Source: Trichosphaerium sp. ATCC 40318
Lineage: Eukaryota > Protista > Tubulinea
Reading direction: 5' to 3'
Assembly (NCBI GenBank): GCA_038496445.1
Contig: JALMLS010000288.1
Location: 1-64,000, forward strand
DNA: 64,000 bases
Below the pieces are notes generated by a model. It searched no databases and was not told the DNA's origin. It worked only from the letters and a program-made list of their open reading frames with translations. Below, in pieces: positions 51,826-64,000 of the stretch. Made by a program: the position numbers and the translations under genes. Every line of letters begins with the position of its first letter. Within the stretch, counting starts at the first letter, position 1.

Positions 51826-53202
51826 TCAGGATTGGGATAGCACTTCTAATACTTCGTTCACTGCACTCACTTGTGCAACGTGATTGGATAGACTAGCTGC
51901 ACGATGTAGAACGTAACCGAGATTATCACCACCTGGTGCAACGCTGTCGTCGGCATTTTTAACGTGTACCTTGGCCTGTTTCGCCTTGTCGAAATACTTT
52001 TGTAATTGTTCTTTTGTAAATCTCTCAGTATGCTCTCTTTGCCATGTATTATGTTCTACGAAGTACTCTTTTGAGTAAGAAATGCACGATTCACGTGCAG
52101 ACAAAATATTAGCGCGCAATTGCTTTTTCGTGCGGCGCAGACCTCGTAATGTTGTGAGGAGCTCGGCGTTATCAAGAATTTCTGTTCGCTAGAAAAAAAG
52201 TTAATGAGTTTTTTTGAAGATTCTCGAAGTGTGGTTACGTACGTGCTCCAGCAGTTTGCGCATAATTATGTCTCTGACAGCGTTGGCATACTTGCGCATA
52301 TGGGAGTCTTCAGGGAAATTATCATCAATAGACTGTGCGAAGATACCAGCCAGCATTTTAAGTTCTGTGTCTTTTCGTTTTCTACGTCTTCTCTTTCTTG
52401 GTTGGCGTGTACTGATAATCTCAACGTCACTTTCTTCATCTTGAACGTCATCAATCTTGCGCTTATTGGTGATATTAGCAGCCTTCCTAGGTGTCCTAGT
52501 GGGCTTAGGGCTCGGACTCGGTGACTGCACTGGACTTGGCGAGCGTGCTGGGCTCGGTGAGCGTGCTGGGCTCGGTGAGCGCACTCGAGTTGGTGAGGGC
52601 ACTGGACTAGGTGGAGTAGGTGGGCTGAGTAGAGGCACAGGGATACGTTGGTTTTCGGGTGTTGCTGGTGCGATGGATGATACATCTGATTGTTCTTGCT
52701 CGCTATTGTACTCAGTGCTAGGTACACTGCTTGCCAGGGACTGATTACTTTGACGTCTTGCTGAGAAAGGCGAACTGCCAGGGGTAGATGCGCGTGGGGA
52801 CGCGAAAGAAGCAGGTGACAAGTTTTTAGGTAATACTTTTTCAACCGCTTTTAAATGTTTTGGCGTAATAGGCGTTTCCGGTGTGTCTGGAGCTGCTACA
52901 GGCTCTGGAGATGGCGTTGGGGTGGATAATTTGTGTTCTGCTTCCTTTAGTTCTACATTTTCTTCAGCATCTGCTAGTGGCATTTCTTCATCGTCGCTCG
53001 AGTCAGACTCTAGAATGTGCCACTCAAACTTTGTTGTTTCGAGGGTTCTATTGCGTGGTTGGCTTGTAATACTTCAAACTTCTGCGGTGTACCCTGGACG
53101 CCTTCTCTCTTTAGCGTATGCTTCCCATTTGGCTCTAATCTCTTCTTCAATCTCTTTCTCTCGTAGAAGCTGTTCTTCTGTTTTGTTTTTAGAAGAGCTC
53201 AT
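51826..53202 (-). CDS. S/P-rich disordered protein with a C-terminal coiled coil; possibly CENP-U/Ame1-like
   Basis: 260-aa SP-rich exon, then spliced RKLLEHRTEILDNAELLTTLRGLRRTKKQLRANIL, which recalls the fungal Ame1 coiled coil. The gene is solid; its identity is tentative. Confidence 0.5.
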
Positions 53203-53332
53203 AGTAGGCACAGCACTGCGGTTGATTAAAGCGTGAATTTTTTTAGCGGTTTTTTTTTTGTATTCAAACAGTCAACAATTATAAATCATTACATGACACT
53301 CACATTAAAATAACGCAATCTCCACACGCAGT

Positions 53333-54253
53333 TTATGATAAAGAGGAAATAACAGCTCTTAATTGTGTATTTTTCCTTTCAATAACTGTGGCTTCTTCCA
53401 ACTCCTTCAGAGCCTGCAGAATTGCTTCGTCGAGCGACGTGGCTTCATTTGTCAATGATTCTTTTGTTGTGCTGCATTGGTTCTACACGAAATCAACCCA
53501 TGGCGAATAAATATGCGTAACTTGGAATTTGTGCGCTGTCTTGGCTCTTGACAAAAATACAAGCTTACTAGCCATTTGTTGCGAAGCAGCGCCTTCGTGA
53601 GTGAGTATCAGCATGCATTTGGTGTCGTACGGTACTCTACAAGCGTTTTATGTATTTCTTCTTTAGAAGTGCGCATTGAGCTACAGGATCGCTCAATTCG
53701 GGTTAAATTGAGTCTATGAGCTCCTGTGTAGCGCTTTATTTGTTGCTGCTGCCTTTTAAGCTTGCTTTGTCCCCAACTACATTTATGTTATGACGTTGGT
53801 GCATAAACACGTACTCTTCACTAGCCAATTTGTTGTACTGAGCCGTCAAAGTGGAATTCCGTACACGTAAAGATTTAATAGCTACTCAAAATGTCATGAA
53901 ACGCTCCTACACTCCTTATGTACCTGATTGTGACGCTAACAGTTGTAGGTTATCCTCAGCAAATCTTGATGTATTCTTGGCGTGTGTCAACGCCACGTTT
54001 GCCTTTATCTGTTCAATGACAGCTAGTTCTTGTTGCACTAGACGTAGTGAGATGGGTGCCACTTTGCATAGTACCTGTTTGTAGTTTAACTAGAGTAGTG
54101 TTGTGGAGTTGTTTTTCATTTGCCAGCCCCGCTTGTTCTCTAGCAACACTATTTTAATCTAACGGTGGTTGTAACTTACCTTGATGCCCAAGACTGTAAG
54201 TTGTCTATATCACCAACGAACGATTCGAGTAGTTGCTTGGTATCTTCCATCAT
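53333..54253 (-). CDS. Coiled-coil protein of unknown function
   Basis: Short spliceable exons from MMEDTKQLLESF to ALKELEEATVIERKNTQLRAVISSLS*. Confidence 0.55.
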
Positions 54254-54500
54254 TTAGTACAACATTCTTTGACACTATTTGACATTTCTACGAAAGTTTT
54301 GCCGAGTACTTAGAATTCTGCAAGCTACGCAATTCTCAGAACAAGTTATTTTTGCTCAAGTTTTTGCGAGTAGATATTACTCATTATAGTATCCAAATAC
54401 GGGTCGTTCACAGAACCAGGCCGCGAACTCATGCCTTAGTTGTACAAAATACTACGAATAAGGCAGTACGTGATACAACGAGAAACCAACACAAAGATCA

Positions 54501-57500
54501 ATGCATATTGCCACAAGAGGCGCACTTGTATTGGTTGCGTTGTTGGCAGTTCTTCACATTGACGGACAAACAACTACTGTAGCACCGTCACAACCAATAC
54601 AACCAACTGCTCCTTCAAATACTACTGTAAACCCACCAGCATCAGTTCCAATTGAACCTACTAGTACGCGTACGGTACCCCACATTGTTTAATAGACCAA
54701 TAGGCACTACAGATGCTCCAGGTGAACATCCTTCGGAACCAAGCGTCGTAGAGGATCCTTACCCGTTCATTGTTTGCGAAGGAAGAGATCGTACGCTCTC
54801 TATAGCTTATTCGTTCTAGAACAAACTCGAAAAAGAGGAAAATCCGTTTACTCAGCTACAACTTTGTGCTATTTTCTTCACACCTTATTAAACCTAAAAC
54901 ATGCCTAGTTTGGCTGGCATCACGCCCTGAAACACTGAAATCTACTTCTGGAGGAGCTTTTTGGGCTATTGTAGAAAGTACCGGTACCCGATTTAGATAT
55001 GGCGATACAAGCATGACTTACAATGTTGCAAACGCTGAGTGCATAATAACCAAGAATGTGTTTGATGCTGAAATAGTTTCTCTTGCTCTCGATAAAGAAT
55101 TTGTTCACGTCGCTTTCAACAACTTTAAGATATTGACCTTCCAGCAAGCCAACGATACACTAAAGTTCGTAAGAGAGGTCACTAGTTACACTACTAGAGA
55201 CGTGAATGAGTTTGGGAAGACTATGACAGCCAGAGAAGGCACTGTACTCGTTACTGTCGGTAAACACAGGCTCGAAATGTACCGAGAAGAATCTCCTTTC
55301 ATACCGATTCAGTTTGATCTGTTAGAGAACAATCAACCCATATTCAAAGCCATCACAGATCTTGAGTTTAATATGCTTGATGATAAGCTCTTTCATGTTG
55401 CTGGTGTACCTCCACAGACTTTATTTAAACCGGAACCGGGCGAGCTATCTGGACACTGTGTAATCGATATTAATTTTGGATCTTCTCCAGAAAACACGTC
55501 AATGACAGCGGGTACATTTTGTGCCCGATTTGGTGTACCACAGCATGTTGAAATAGGTAAGCTGTCTAGTAACAGTACGAGTAATTGATTTTAATATATT
55601 CCAGTTCACGGACACTCAACTGAAAACTGCTCGGAATGTAATCAACTATCGGCTATAGTTGTTAAAGATGCTACGATTGATGGTAGAGATATTCTAACAA
55701 TTGACTACTATTCCGATGGCAGTGAGAACAATACCTTTAATGGATCGTATGTTATCGGTGAAATCACAGATGATTTAGCACTATCAGCGTATTTTGACAA
55801 ATGTTCAAGCTACGAGTACGTCAACCAACTTGTTTTATCACGTGATATATAACTTTCCTTACAATCTATCTGTAGATTCAAATTAGGACCTGAGTTATGT
55901 TTGTATGTGCTATTAAAGGACTCAAACCTAAATTCTGGGGAGCCAAGTATTGTTGGTGTACACATGTATAATGGCGTACCAGTTCAGAAGAGATCTCTTG
56001 TTCCTAACCATTTTCTTGGATGGAATAGAGGGTTGAAGGCTGTCACCACGGGCATAACAATGTATATGGAATATCGCGTACGTTCTTATTTTTTATTGCA
56101 CTCATCTCCTTCACTAACACGTCGCATTCAGTCAAAAGCCCGAAGACCAGCACTAGTACCAAATGTGCAATTCTCAAATAGTACAAATATCCGTAAGGAT
56201 AAAACGCTAAGTTATTGTCCTGTTGGTACATACCTCAACCCGAAAGAAGAGTCATTGCTACTATGTTTAGTATGCCCTGCAGGGACATATCAAGAGTTGC
56301 AAAGTACGCAACACAACAACAATATCATCGCACTAAATATAGAATTTGTAGACCGATATGGCTGCTTGCCTTGTACCGAAGAGCAATATTGTCCTGGAGG
56401 TACAGCGACTCCAAGTAAACTAGAAGACATTGATATCAGTTACACACAATTATATCCTTTCGAGGAAAGTACACCACCCGGCATTGATCAAGTCTTTTTG
56501 AAGCTATTAGTTTCGCCAAAGAACAATGTTACATTTTTTGTGAGTGCTTTGGTGATTGTCGTTGTAACGCTGTTGCTTCTTGTCATTTTGATAGGCGTAC
56601 AGAAATGGAAGGGAAGAAAACATGCAATGATATTTATCTTCAGATACATTGATATGGACAAGAGTCTAAAGTTCAATCGAAAAACTCAAAAAGTACATTC
56701 CAGAGGAACAACACTTGGTGGCGTGATAACAGTGTGTATGATCCTCTTCATCATATTGGGTATTGGTGCTGTTGTAAGGGTTTATCTCGGATACAGTCGA
56801 CTTCCTTATGACTTGTCATTCACAGCACCAGTTCAACAGTACAATACTGAGCGTACAGCGGGTATTAAACCTATTCAACTCGATAAACCTAGCACGCTGT
56901 TTGACTTTTATGTCAACAATCAAAGGTACGATTTACAAAAGAATAGAAACACCACTATTGTTGGGGTTAAAGAATACTGACTGTAAACTATAGGCATACC
57001 AATATATCAGTGGTTGTTGAATGGATTAACCTTAAATCTGATTTTTACGAAAACATTGTTGGTGTTGTTGAAATGAATGGGAAAGTCATCTCATCTGGGA
57101 ACGACATTATGGAAAAAACTGAACTAAATGCAACAACCTTCACGTACGCTTTAATATACTTTAAATAAGTGACGCCTAGATTAACATTGCATTGACTGAT
57201 TCACACAGGTTAAATGCCAAGTTTCTAGCAAATTTTGCACCTGGAACGAACTATAGTTTCTCATTGGCTGCTACTGGTAGGAGATTCAAGAGACTCTTCA
57301 CATATGATGCAATTCGTATCAACATCACCGCATTTAACAACCATCGTAAGTCACAATTCTGAAATTGATGTAAATTGATAACTCACGTGCAATGTAGCTG
57401 CTTCGATTGTACGCACAATAATGCCAAAAGACAACGTCTTCCTCCCTTCTGAATCCAACGAATTCACAGTCACTTCAACTTCGTACATCAGGACATCCCA

Positions 57501-58047
57501 GGAGTACTCTGGCCCTGATATAATAGATGGTACGTGTCAAATCCGCCTAGCTTTCAAGCTTTGACCAAAATGTATTCATAACTTTTTTGCTTGCACGTGA
57601 GCAAATACATAAGTGCTAACGCTTTGCGTTTTAGGCTACATTAGTTTTAATATGGGATCAAAGCGCCAGATTGGTGCTAACAAAGTACTGACGCTTACAG
57701 ATGATGCGATACAAACCGATCAATACAGGCCTATCGTCCATATACTATTCAATCATGCTCCTAATGTCGTAACGGAACATGAAACCCTCAATATGACTGA
57801 AAGATCTGTTATCTTTGCAGCTCTTATCATTATGACCCTCGTACTGAACATTGGATACCTTATAAACCAGGTTCTATCAATGATATTCTCAACAACTAAG
57901 GATGCAATTGAACTCAAGAAACGACGGAAAACAGGGAGAACTATGAGCAGCAATTCGACTACTTCTAGCATAAGTATGGAAGAGTTAGATGAAAGAGATA
58001 TGCTAGATGCGGAAGACATATCCTATGGGTATGGGTATTCGCTATAA
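54501..58047 (+). CDS. Multi-pass membrane protein with signal peptide, large ectodomain and GCC2/GCC3 (ephrin-receptor-like) Cys repeats
   Basis: Signal MHIATRGALVLVALLAVL, CPVGTY..CLVCPAGTYQ..CLPCTEEQYCPGG, and three hydrophobic helices. Confidence 0.8.
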
Positions 58048-58324
58048 AGAAATGTAATATCAGTAAAATGTAGCAATAAACAAAAAATCTCATGACTCAA
58101 TCCAAAAGATACAAATTTATTGCTAATTTGGCCTGCACGTGCTAGGTTCCACTTCTCTATTGTTGTTTTTTTTTTCCAGTAATTCTCCTCTAGGTTTCAT
58201 CCGAATTGTAATGCCTTGTAAAAATGATGCTATATTCAATTTGCATGATACAGAGTTTTTTACATAGTTACCTTATCAACCCAATCAAGTGTCTTAATAA
58301 AACTTGTGCCACACGTGAGTATTG

Positions 58325-59273
58325 TTACATGCATCTGTTTATGTTACCATTGTAGTGCAAAAGTTTCCAGTATTTGACAAAGCAGTCAACTGTTTTGTTG
58401 ATTCAATCAAATGTTGGTTTTTTTTCAATTACCAGTTGATCTCAAATAATTTGTTGTACGTAACATTACATCCTTAAGTTTATGTTTGTTGTTTTCATTA
58501 ATCTCGCATAACATGACACACGTGATAGATTTAGCAACATAGAATCCTCTCGTTCTTTTTTGAAGTGCAAAAAAATGATCACTTTTAAATACATGAACAT
58601 ACCTACAGACAACACGTGAACAATGACGTTTGGTAAAGTGACTCGAAATTCTGAATAGATTCTTAGAAACACCTACCGAACACCTTTATACGTCATAGAA
58701 AACTCGTTATGAGGTGCAGCAAAGTAGGAAACACATGAAAGCAACACTGGCCGGACGACTTGTGGGACGAGTGTAGAGCAGTATACTGTACCAGATAGGC
58801 TGAATATCATACCTCTGCAGCTTGATGGCAAGTAACATGACCACGAGCCTTAACACAAGGTTAACACTATGAAAGCTCATGGGTTTTTTGCGCAATACTA
58901 ACTTTTTATGGTGGTGTTTAGTCGCTTGGCGTATATCGTTGGGCTATAAAGACCGTTTCTAGTTTTAAGACCAAAATCTAGTTGATACAGCTCTTTCCAG
59001 ACCTACACAGTATGAATGGCTATCTTTGAATGTAGATTCGTACCTTTACGTCTAAGCAGAGTGTATGCAAGTATTTACAGCATTCTAAGAGCGAAATAAC
59101 GTGTTGTACTGGGTACAAATACAGAAGAATGTCTAGAAGCACCTCCTGAGGCAGGATATTCAACCAACATACACCATTAATGCCAGCCATCAACGTCTTG
59201 CCATTTGTAGAGGATTTACAAGTGATTGAGCCTTAACAACATTGTAACTTGACTTAATGTCACCGTCGTCCAT
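58325..59273 (-). CDS. F-box protein with a C-terminal profilin-like domain
   Basis: LNILPQEVLLDILLYL..ISLLECCKYLHTLC..VWKELY is an F-box. SWSCYL..GMIFSLSG..MTYKGVRY..QKRTRGFYVAKS..VMLCEINE..LDCFVKYW aligns by eye to profilin. The correct frames are absent from the ORF track because the exons are short. Confidence 0.65.
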
Positions 59274-59438
59274 AACAGCTTTTTGTCATGGGTTGCGAGA
59301 ATATAGTAATGGGTGCTACTTTAATTTTGTTTTTTGGTAATTGTTTTTTTTAACATTTTCATTTTACACACTATGTACAACCTTTTTTTTTTTGGGACTG
59401 TCAAAAACTGCCATCCTTTGGGCAGTTCGCAAACTTAA

Positions 59439-61496
59439 CTAGTTTTCATCATCTTCTCCTTTTTCATCTTCTGTTGCTTCTTCTTTTGTTTCTTCTGTTG
59501 CCTCTTCTTTTGTTTCTTCTTCCTCTGTTGTTTCTTGTTTATCATCTTCACTTTTGTCTCCGTCTTTGTCTTGTTGCTCGTTGTCATCCTTTACTTCTTC
59601 TGCTAGGTTCTTTTTCTTCTTTGGTTGCTTTTGTAGATCACCTAAAGCATATGCCTTATCTATCGTCTTTTCTTCTGGATTAACAGGCACCAAGAACCCG
59701 ACACATGTAGTATGGTCCATCTTACCAGGATAAGCTGTATAATCTTCAGGTTGTGGCGTATTTGGATTATTCTCCATAAAATCTCTACTAGACTGTGTTG
59801 TCTTTAAGCAGTACTATACCAACGTTAGCTCAAAGGAAAAAGAAACGAAGAAAAAAAAGGCTGTCCAACGATGAGCTGCATGCAACATGGATTTACTAGC
59901 AGTGTATCACTTTGATAATGATATTTAATGTACCTTTACTAGCGCACTGACTAGGGCTGTAGGAGATGTAATACCTTCATTGATTAGGTTCATTATGAAG
60001 CCTTCACGATAAGCAATCTTTAAACTAGCCACTTGTTGCTTTGTCAAATCTTGCCATGTTGTTGAATCATCAACACTGATTCCTGGTAAACCAGGTTTTA
60101 CACCAGCAGGCGGAACACCAAGCTGTTCAGGATCTACAATCACGTCAGTAATGTTCAACAAAAAAAAAAAAAAAAGAGATAAAAATATGAATATCACATT
60201 GACAATGCCGCACCAAGATTGTCGTGAATACCATCCGACATGACAAGTATCAAATCTCCAGGGTCACAAGAAACATAATGTAATGCTAAATTACGCAAGT
60301 CTGGTGTCCCACCTTCCAAATACGGACCCTATTATTGCGCCACATGGTCAGAAAAAAAATAATTTACCCGGGTCTATATTTTTTCCGTACCAATCTTCCG
60401 CCAGGATCACATTTATCTCGCTGAGATAGTCTGTTTCCTTTTGTGACGTCTATAACTATATTCTTGGCTCTACGCCACAAGAAAGCTTTACAATCGCCTA
60501 CGGATGCACACAAGAACCCAAAGCGCGACTCTGAGCGGTCATCATCGAGTTCGAGAAGAAGACATCTAAAAAAGGCGTAAACAGAAAAAAAAAAACGTAA
60601 GGAATGAAAAGTCAAAATGATACGAAATACGAAACAATCTAACCCAAGTGTTGTAATACAAGAGGTAAAAAAAACCAAGAAAGAGAGAAAAAGCAAAAAA
60701 CGCACCCAATTAGTGTTGTTGTACCGGCCTCCCAAATATCATCAGTTGTGGCGTTCCTGGGTGTTACAGTGAGCAACGGTGATACATACGAGAGGAAAGA
60801 CGGTACTTACAATATGAATTGATGAGACCATTGAAACGAACGCAATAACATGTGTCCCGCGTGCTGTATATCTGTTATTTTCGTATGCCGTGGTGCTTTC
60901 TGCTTCTTGACGTTGGGTTCTATAAAATACGTCTTAAAGGCGTTCCGTGCGTTTGTAGCTGCTGTAGCAGATCGTGCACCCCAATTACATCCGTCTGCCT
61001 ACAATTATGTTTAAGCTCTCGTAGCTTTCATTTCTCATTATGCGTTTTTTTTCTGCTTTTGCGCTCAAACAACGTACCACAGCTACTGCGGCTCTGTTTA
61101 AATGCAATTGAATAAAAAATTTGTCTGCTATGGGATCTCCGTCCCTCGTAACACCATCAGGTAGCAAGGGATACGTAGAAACGCTACAACAAGTTAACAA
61201 CGCACCAATTTACTACAAAAGGGTGGCCTGTTAGGTTACTATAAATACGAGGCCCAACAACTCAAAACCTTGGTTATTCGCGTTAAAATAGCTTGTACGT
61301 ACGACTGTGATGAAGCATAGTCGGTGTCCGCTTCACTCTCAGAAGTCCAGCATTCGGAAGGTGCTGTTACTGGCATTACTTTGTAGTCTGGTAGGTCTAT
61401 GTAAAACTCTTGAACTATTACATCGCCTGACTGGTGTGATGTTTCTTCTGTCGTTTTATCTTCGGATTTCAGTACGCTGGCTTCACTTTTTTCCAT
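59439..61496 (-). CDS. PP2C/SpoIIE-like phosphatase-domain protein
   Basis: GDPIADKF, VADGCNWG, EAGTTTL, CASVGDCKAF, DPGGRL, MSDGIHDNL, GKMDHTTCV. Confidence 0.85.
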
Positions 61497-62053
61497 TATT
61501 GGGTATATAAATGACGCTGTGCACGAGCCAATTAAAAGAAAGGTTTTGAACAGCTTTTTTTTTTTATTTGACCTAATATGACTTTTTTTTTGCACAAAAT
61601 TTTGACAGTTTTCTTGAGAGATGACAGGTGTACATGTCAATACTCAACGAAACGAGACTGACAGCAACAGGTTTTTTTGGGTTGGCTACAAAAGGCAATG
61701 ATTGGTCGAAATATTTTATTTACAAGTGTAGTGGTGTAGTTAATTTGGATTGTTTGTTACAAACAAAAAAAAAAAAACTACAAAAAATCGGCGCCAAAAA
61801 AAACCACGTGAATTACTCTTTGTGTATTGAATAATAATAGTTAAAAGGTTATGCTGGAGAGATTTGTGAATGAGATGGTGCAACAACAGGTTTCTTTGAA
61901 AGTTCTGTGCTGGTCCTAGGTGTTGTACTTTTACCATGTTTACCTTCCTTAGGAGACCTGCGTTTGTCTTTTCCTTTCTTCAACCTGAGATCCTCACTCG
62001 ATGTATAAGCTGGGAAATACTTCTTAGGAGGGCGTTGGAGTTCTCTTTCAGTA

Positions 62054-64000
62054 TTAAAATGAAACGACATCTAAACAAGCTTAGGTTAGACAAAGAAGAA
62101 AACAAACAGAGAAATTTGAAGAAAGAAAAAAAAAAATCAAAAAGAAGATTTTTTTTACCTTTATACCATCCTCACTAACTGTTCCAGTACTTGACCCAGA
62201 TCCAAAATGATCAACCATTGCAGCTGGTAAAGGCAAAGACTTATGTCTTACCCTACTCTCCTCGAGAGAGGGTTTTGGCATTTTCTTTGATAACTTCCTT
62301 GAAATAGCTTTTTTTGGCATAGCATCTGTTGCAAATGAGGCAGTAGTAGCGGCAGATGCTTTGCTTTTTGAGCCTCTTCTATTATGTGTTTTACCATTAC
62401 GCTTTTGTCCTTGTCTCTTCTTTTTCTTTTGTTGATTCGCTTTCACGTTAAGTATATTTGCTTGATTTCCAGTCTGTCTTCTGTGTTGGTGGTAATCATG
62501 AAGACGTTTAATTGTTAAACTCAAGTAAGTTGTCTCATTATTCTTGAGAGTATTCTCAATCCAAGGATGCTAAAAAAACGTGAAATTAGAGTCTGTGTTT
62601 TCAGCCTTTTTTTTTGTTTTTTTTTTTGAAGTTTGAAATAAAACGTACTTGGAGTGCTTGTGTTGCTGTTAAACGGTCTTTAGGATTCACTTGCAATAGC
62701 GCATTTACAAATTGTTTGGCTTCAGCGCTAATATGTTGCCTGTACAAATAAATTAGACAAAAACCCAACATTCCATTGCAACAATGTTTCTCATTGTTTT
62801 TTTTTCTTAATTGCTAATTATCGGGCCTTGCAAAAAAAAACGTACCAATCATCGTGGCGCATTACATATTCGCCTCTTTGAATTTGTTGGAGTATTACCT
62901 GGTCTGTAGAGCCAAACCAAGGCGAGTATCCCGTTAAACTGTAAAAGAGTGTAAGTACAGAAAAAAAAAACGGCGGAATTACAGTAGTCTAAAAAGTGAA
63001 AAAAAACCTTTTTTTTTAACGTACAGTACATAAGTTAGAACACCTAAACTCCATAGATCAACGCATGAATCATAGTTCAATGAAGTGAACACCTCAGGGG
63101 CTAAAAGAAAACGCGTGAGAAATTGACAGACGCGGTTCTTTCAAAAAAAATAAAACGAGAAAAAAAAACGAGAAAAAAAAAGGACTCACCAACATATTCT
63201 GGAGTACCACATACTGTACGTAGTATACCATCTTGTTCATAATTTTTTGCAACGCCAAGATCTGAAAATAACAGTTAACATTTCATGTAATAAACCGTTT
63301 AAACTGTTCTTCGCTTTTTTTCCGTACCTACGATCTTGAATTGCCCATTTGATACTAGTACATTTTCAGGTTTCAAGTCTCTGTGCGCAACAGAGTGTTT
63401 ATGCATATAAGCAATAGCAGTAAGTAGCTGTTGTACAATCTCTGCAGCTTTAGTCTCATTATAAGACCCATTTTGTGCTATTAAATCAAATAACTCTCCA
63501 TCAGGTAACCTAAGTAATAAGTATCAATAATCACGCAAATATTAACCGATAGACAAGTAACAATATTGGTTTTTGGTAACCAAAAAAAAACCAAAAAAAC
63601 AAAAACAGTATTTTCGAAGAACACGAAAACCGTGGTTTGTCACGCGATTTCTTGGATATTCCGTGGAGTGTCAAGAGTACGTACAATTCTAGAATCATGT
63701 AGATATGATCATCTGTTTCATAGACGTCATATAATTTGACAATATTAGGGTGCTTTAGTTGTAATAGCACTTGAATTTCACGGTACACGAATTTCAGTAT
63801 CTCTGGGTCTTTTGGTTTTCTAATAACCTTTACAGCAACCTCTTCATTAGTTACTTTGTTAACACCCTAGAATTACACAAAAACGTAAGCACTCAAGCAA
63901 CAACAAGTCAAAATAAAACTAAAAAGTCCTTTGGATGAAGGCATCATACCCTCTTTACTGTGGCCATGCCACCTGTGCCAATAACTTCTTTGAGGGTGTA
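62054..64000 (-). CDS. CAMK-group Ser/Thr kinase, 5' end outside the window
   Basis: IGTGGMA, VAVKVI, LKHPNIVKLYDVYE, AHRDLKPENVL, DLGVAK, TVCGTPEY. The 3' end is approximate. Confidence 0.9.

Noticed and set aside
1-64000. Stop-codon reassignment to explain the fragmented ORFs
   Set aside because: Stops fall inside short introns, and TAA, TAG and TGA all terminate conserved genes.
1-64000. tRNA, rRNA or snRNA genes
   Set aside because: None recognisable by eye. A covariance-model scan is needed to exclude them.

Overview
A gene-dense, intron-rich eukaryotic nuclear region using the standard genetic code. Introns are mostly 35-75 nt, and donors are often GTACG or GTGCG. The gene set suggests a protist, probably an amoebozoan (inference). 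I assembled about 24 genes by hand from the ORF track and splice signals: SPO11 (partial), a TOPLESS-like LisH/CTLH-WD40 protein, COG2, GST-mu, an EEP phosphodiesterase, a METTL24-like methyltransferase, a GFA/CENP-V protein, an RluA pseudouridine synthase, a DDX60-like helicase, a STE20-like kinase, SRRT/ARS2, a ubiquitin E2, Nup54, DUF4419, an IQGAP/RasGAP, BCCIP, a CENP-U-like protein, membrane proteins, an F-box/profilin fusion, a PP2C-like phosphatase and a CAMK (partial). A CpG-poor transposon island at about 9.15-14.8 kb holds three decayed L1/Tx1-like LINE fragments, a poly(A) insert with a 15-bp target-site duplication (TSD), and three copies of a non-autonomous DNA element with 18-bp terminal inverted repeats (TIRs). 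The best candidate for a new system is a pair of paralogous genes (916-3731 +, 24467-26352 -). They encode 7 and 4 copies of a ~65-70 aa Trp/Tyr repeat fused to a C-terminal Vsr/DUF559/RAP-like PD-(D/E)XK domain, and the repeats are cut into symmetric phase-2 exons. Exon boundaries are manual and no database search was run.
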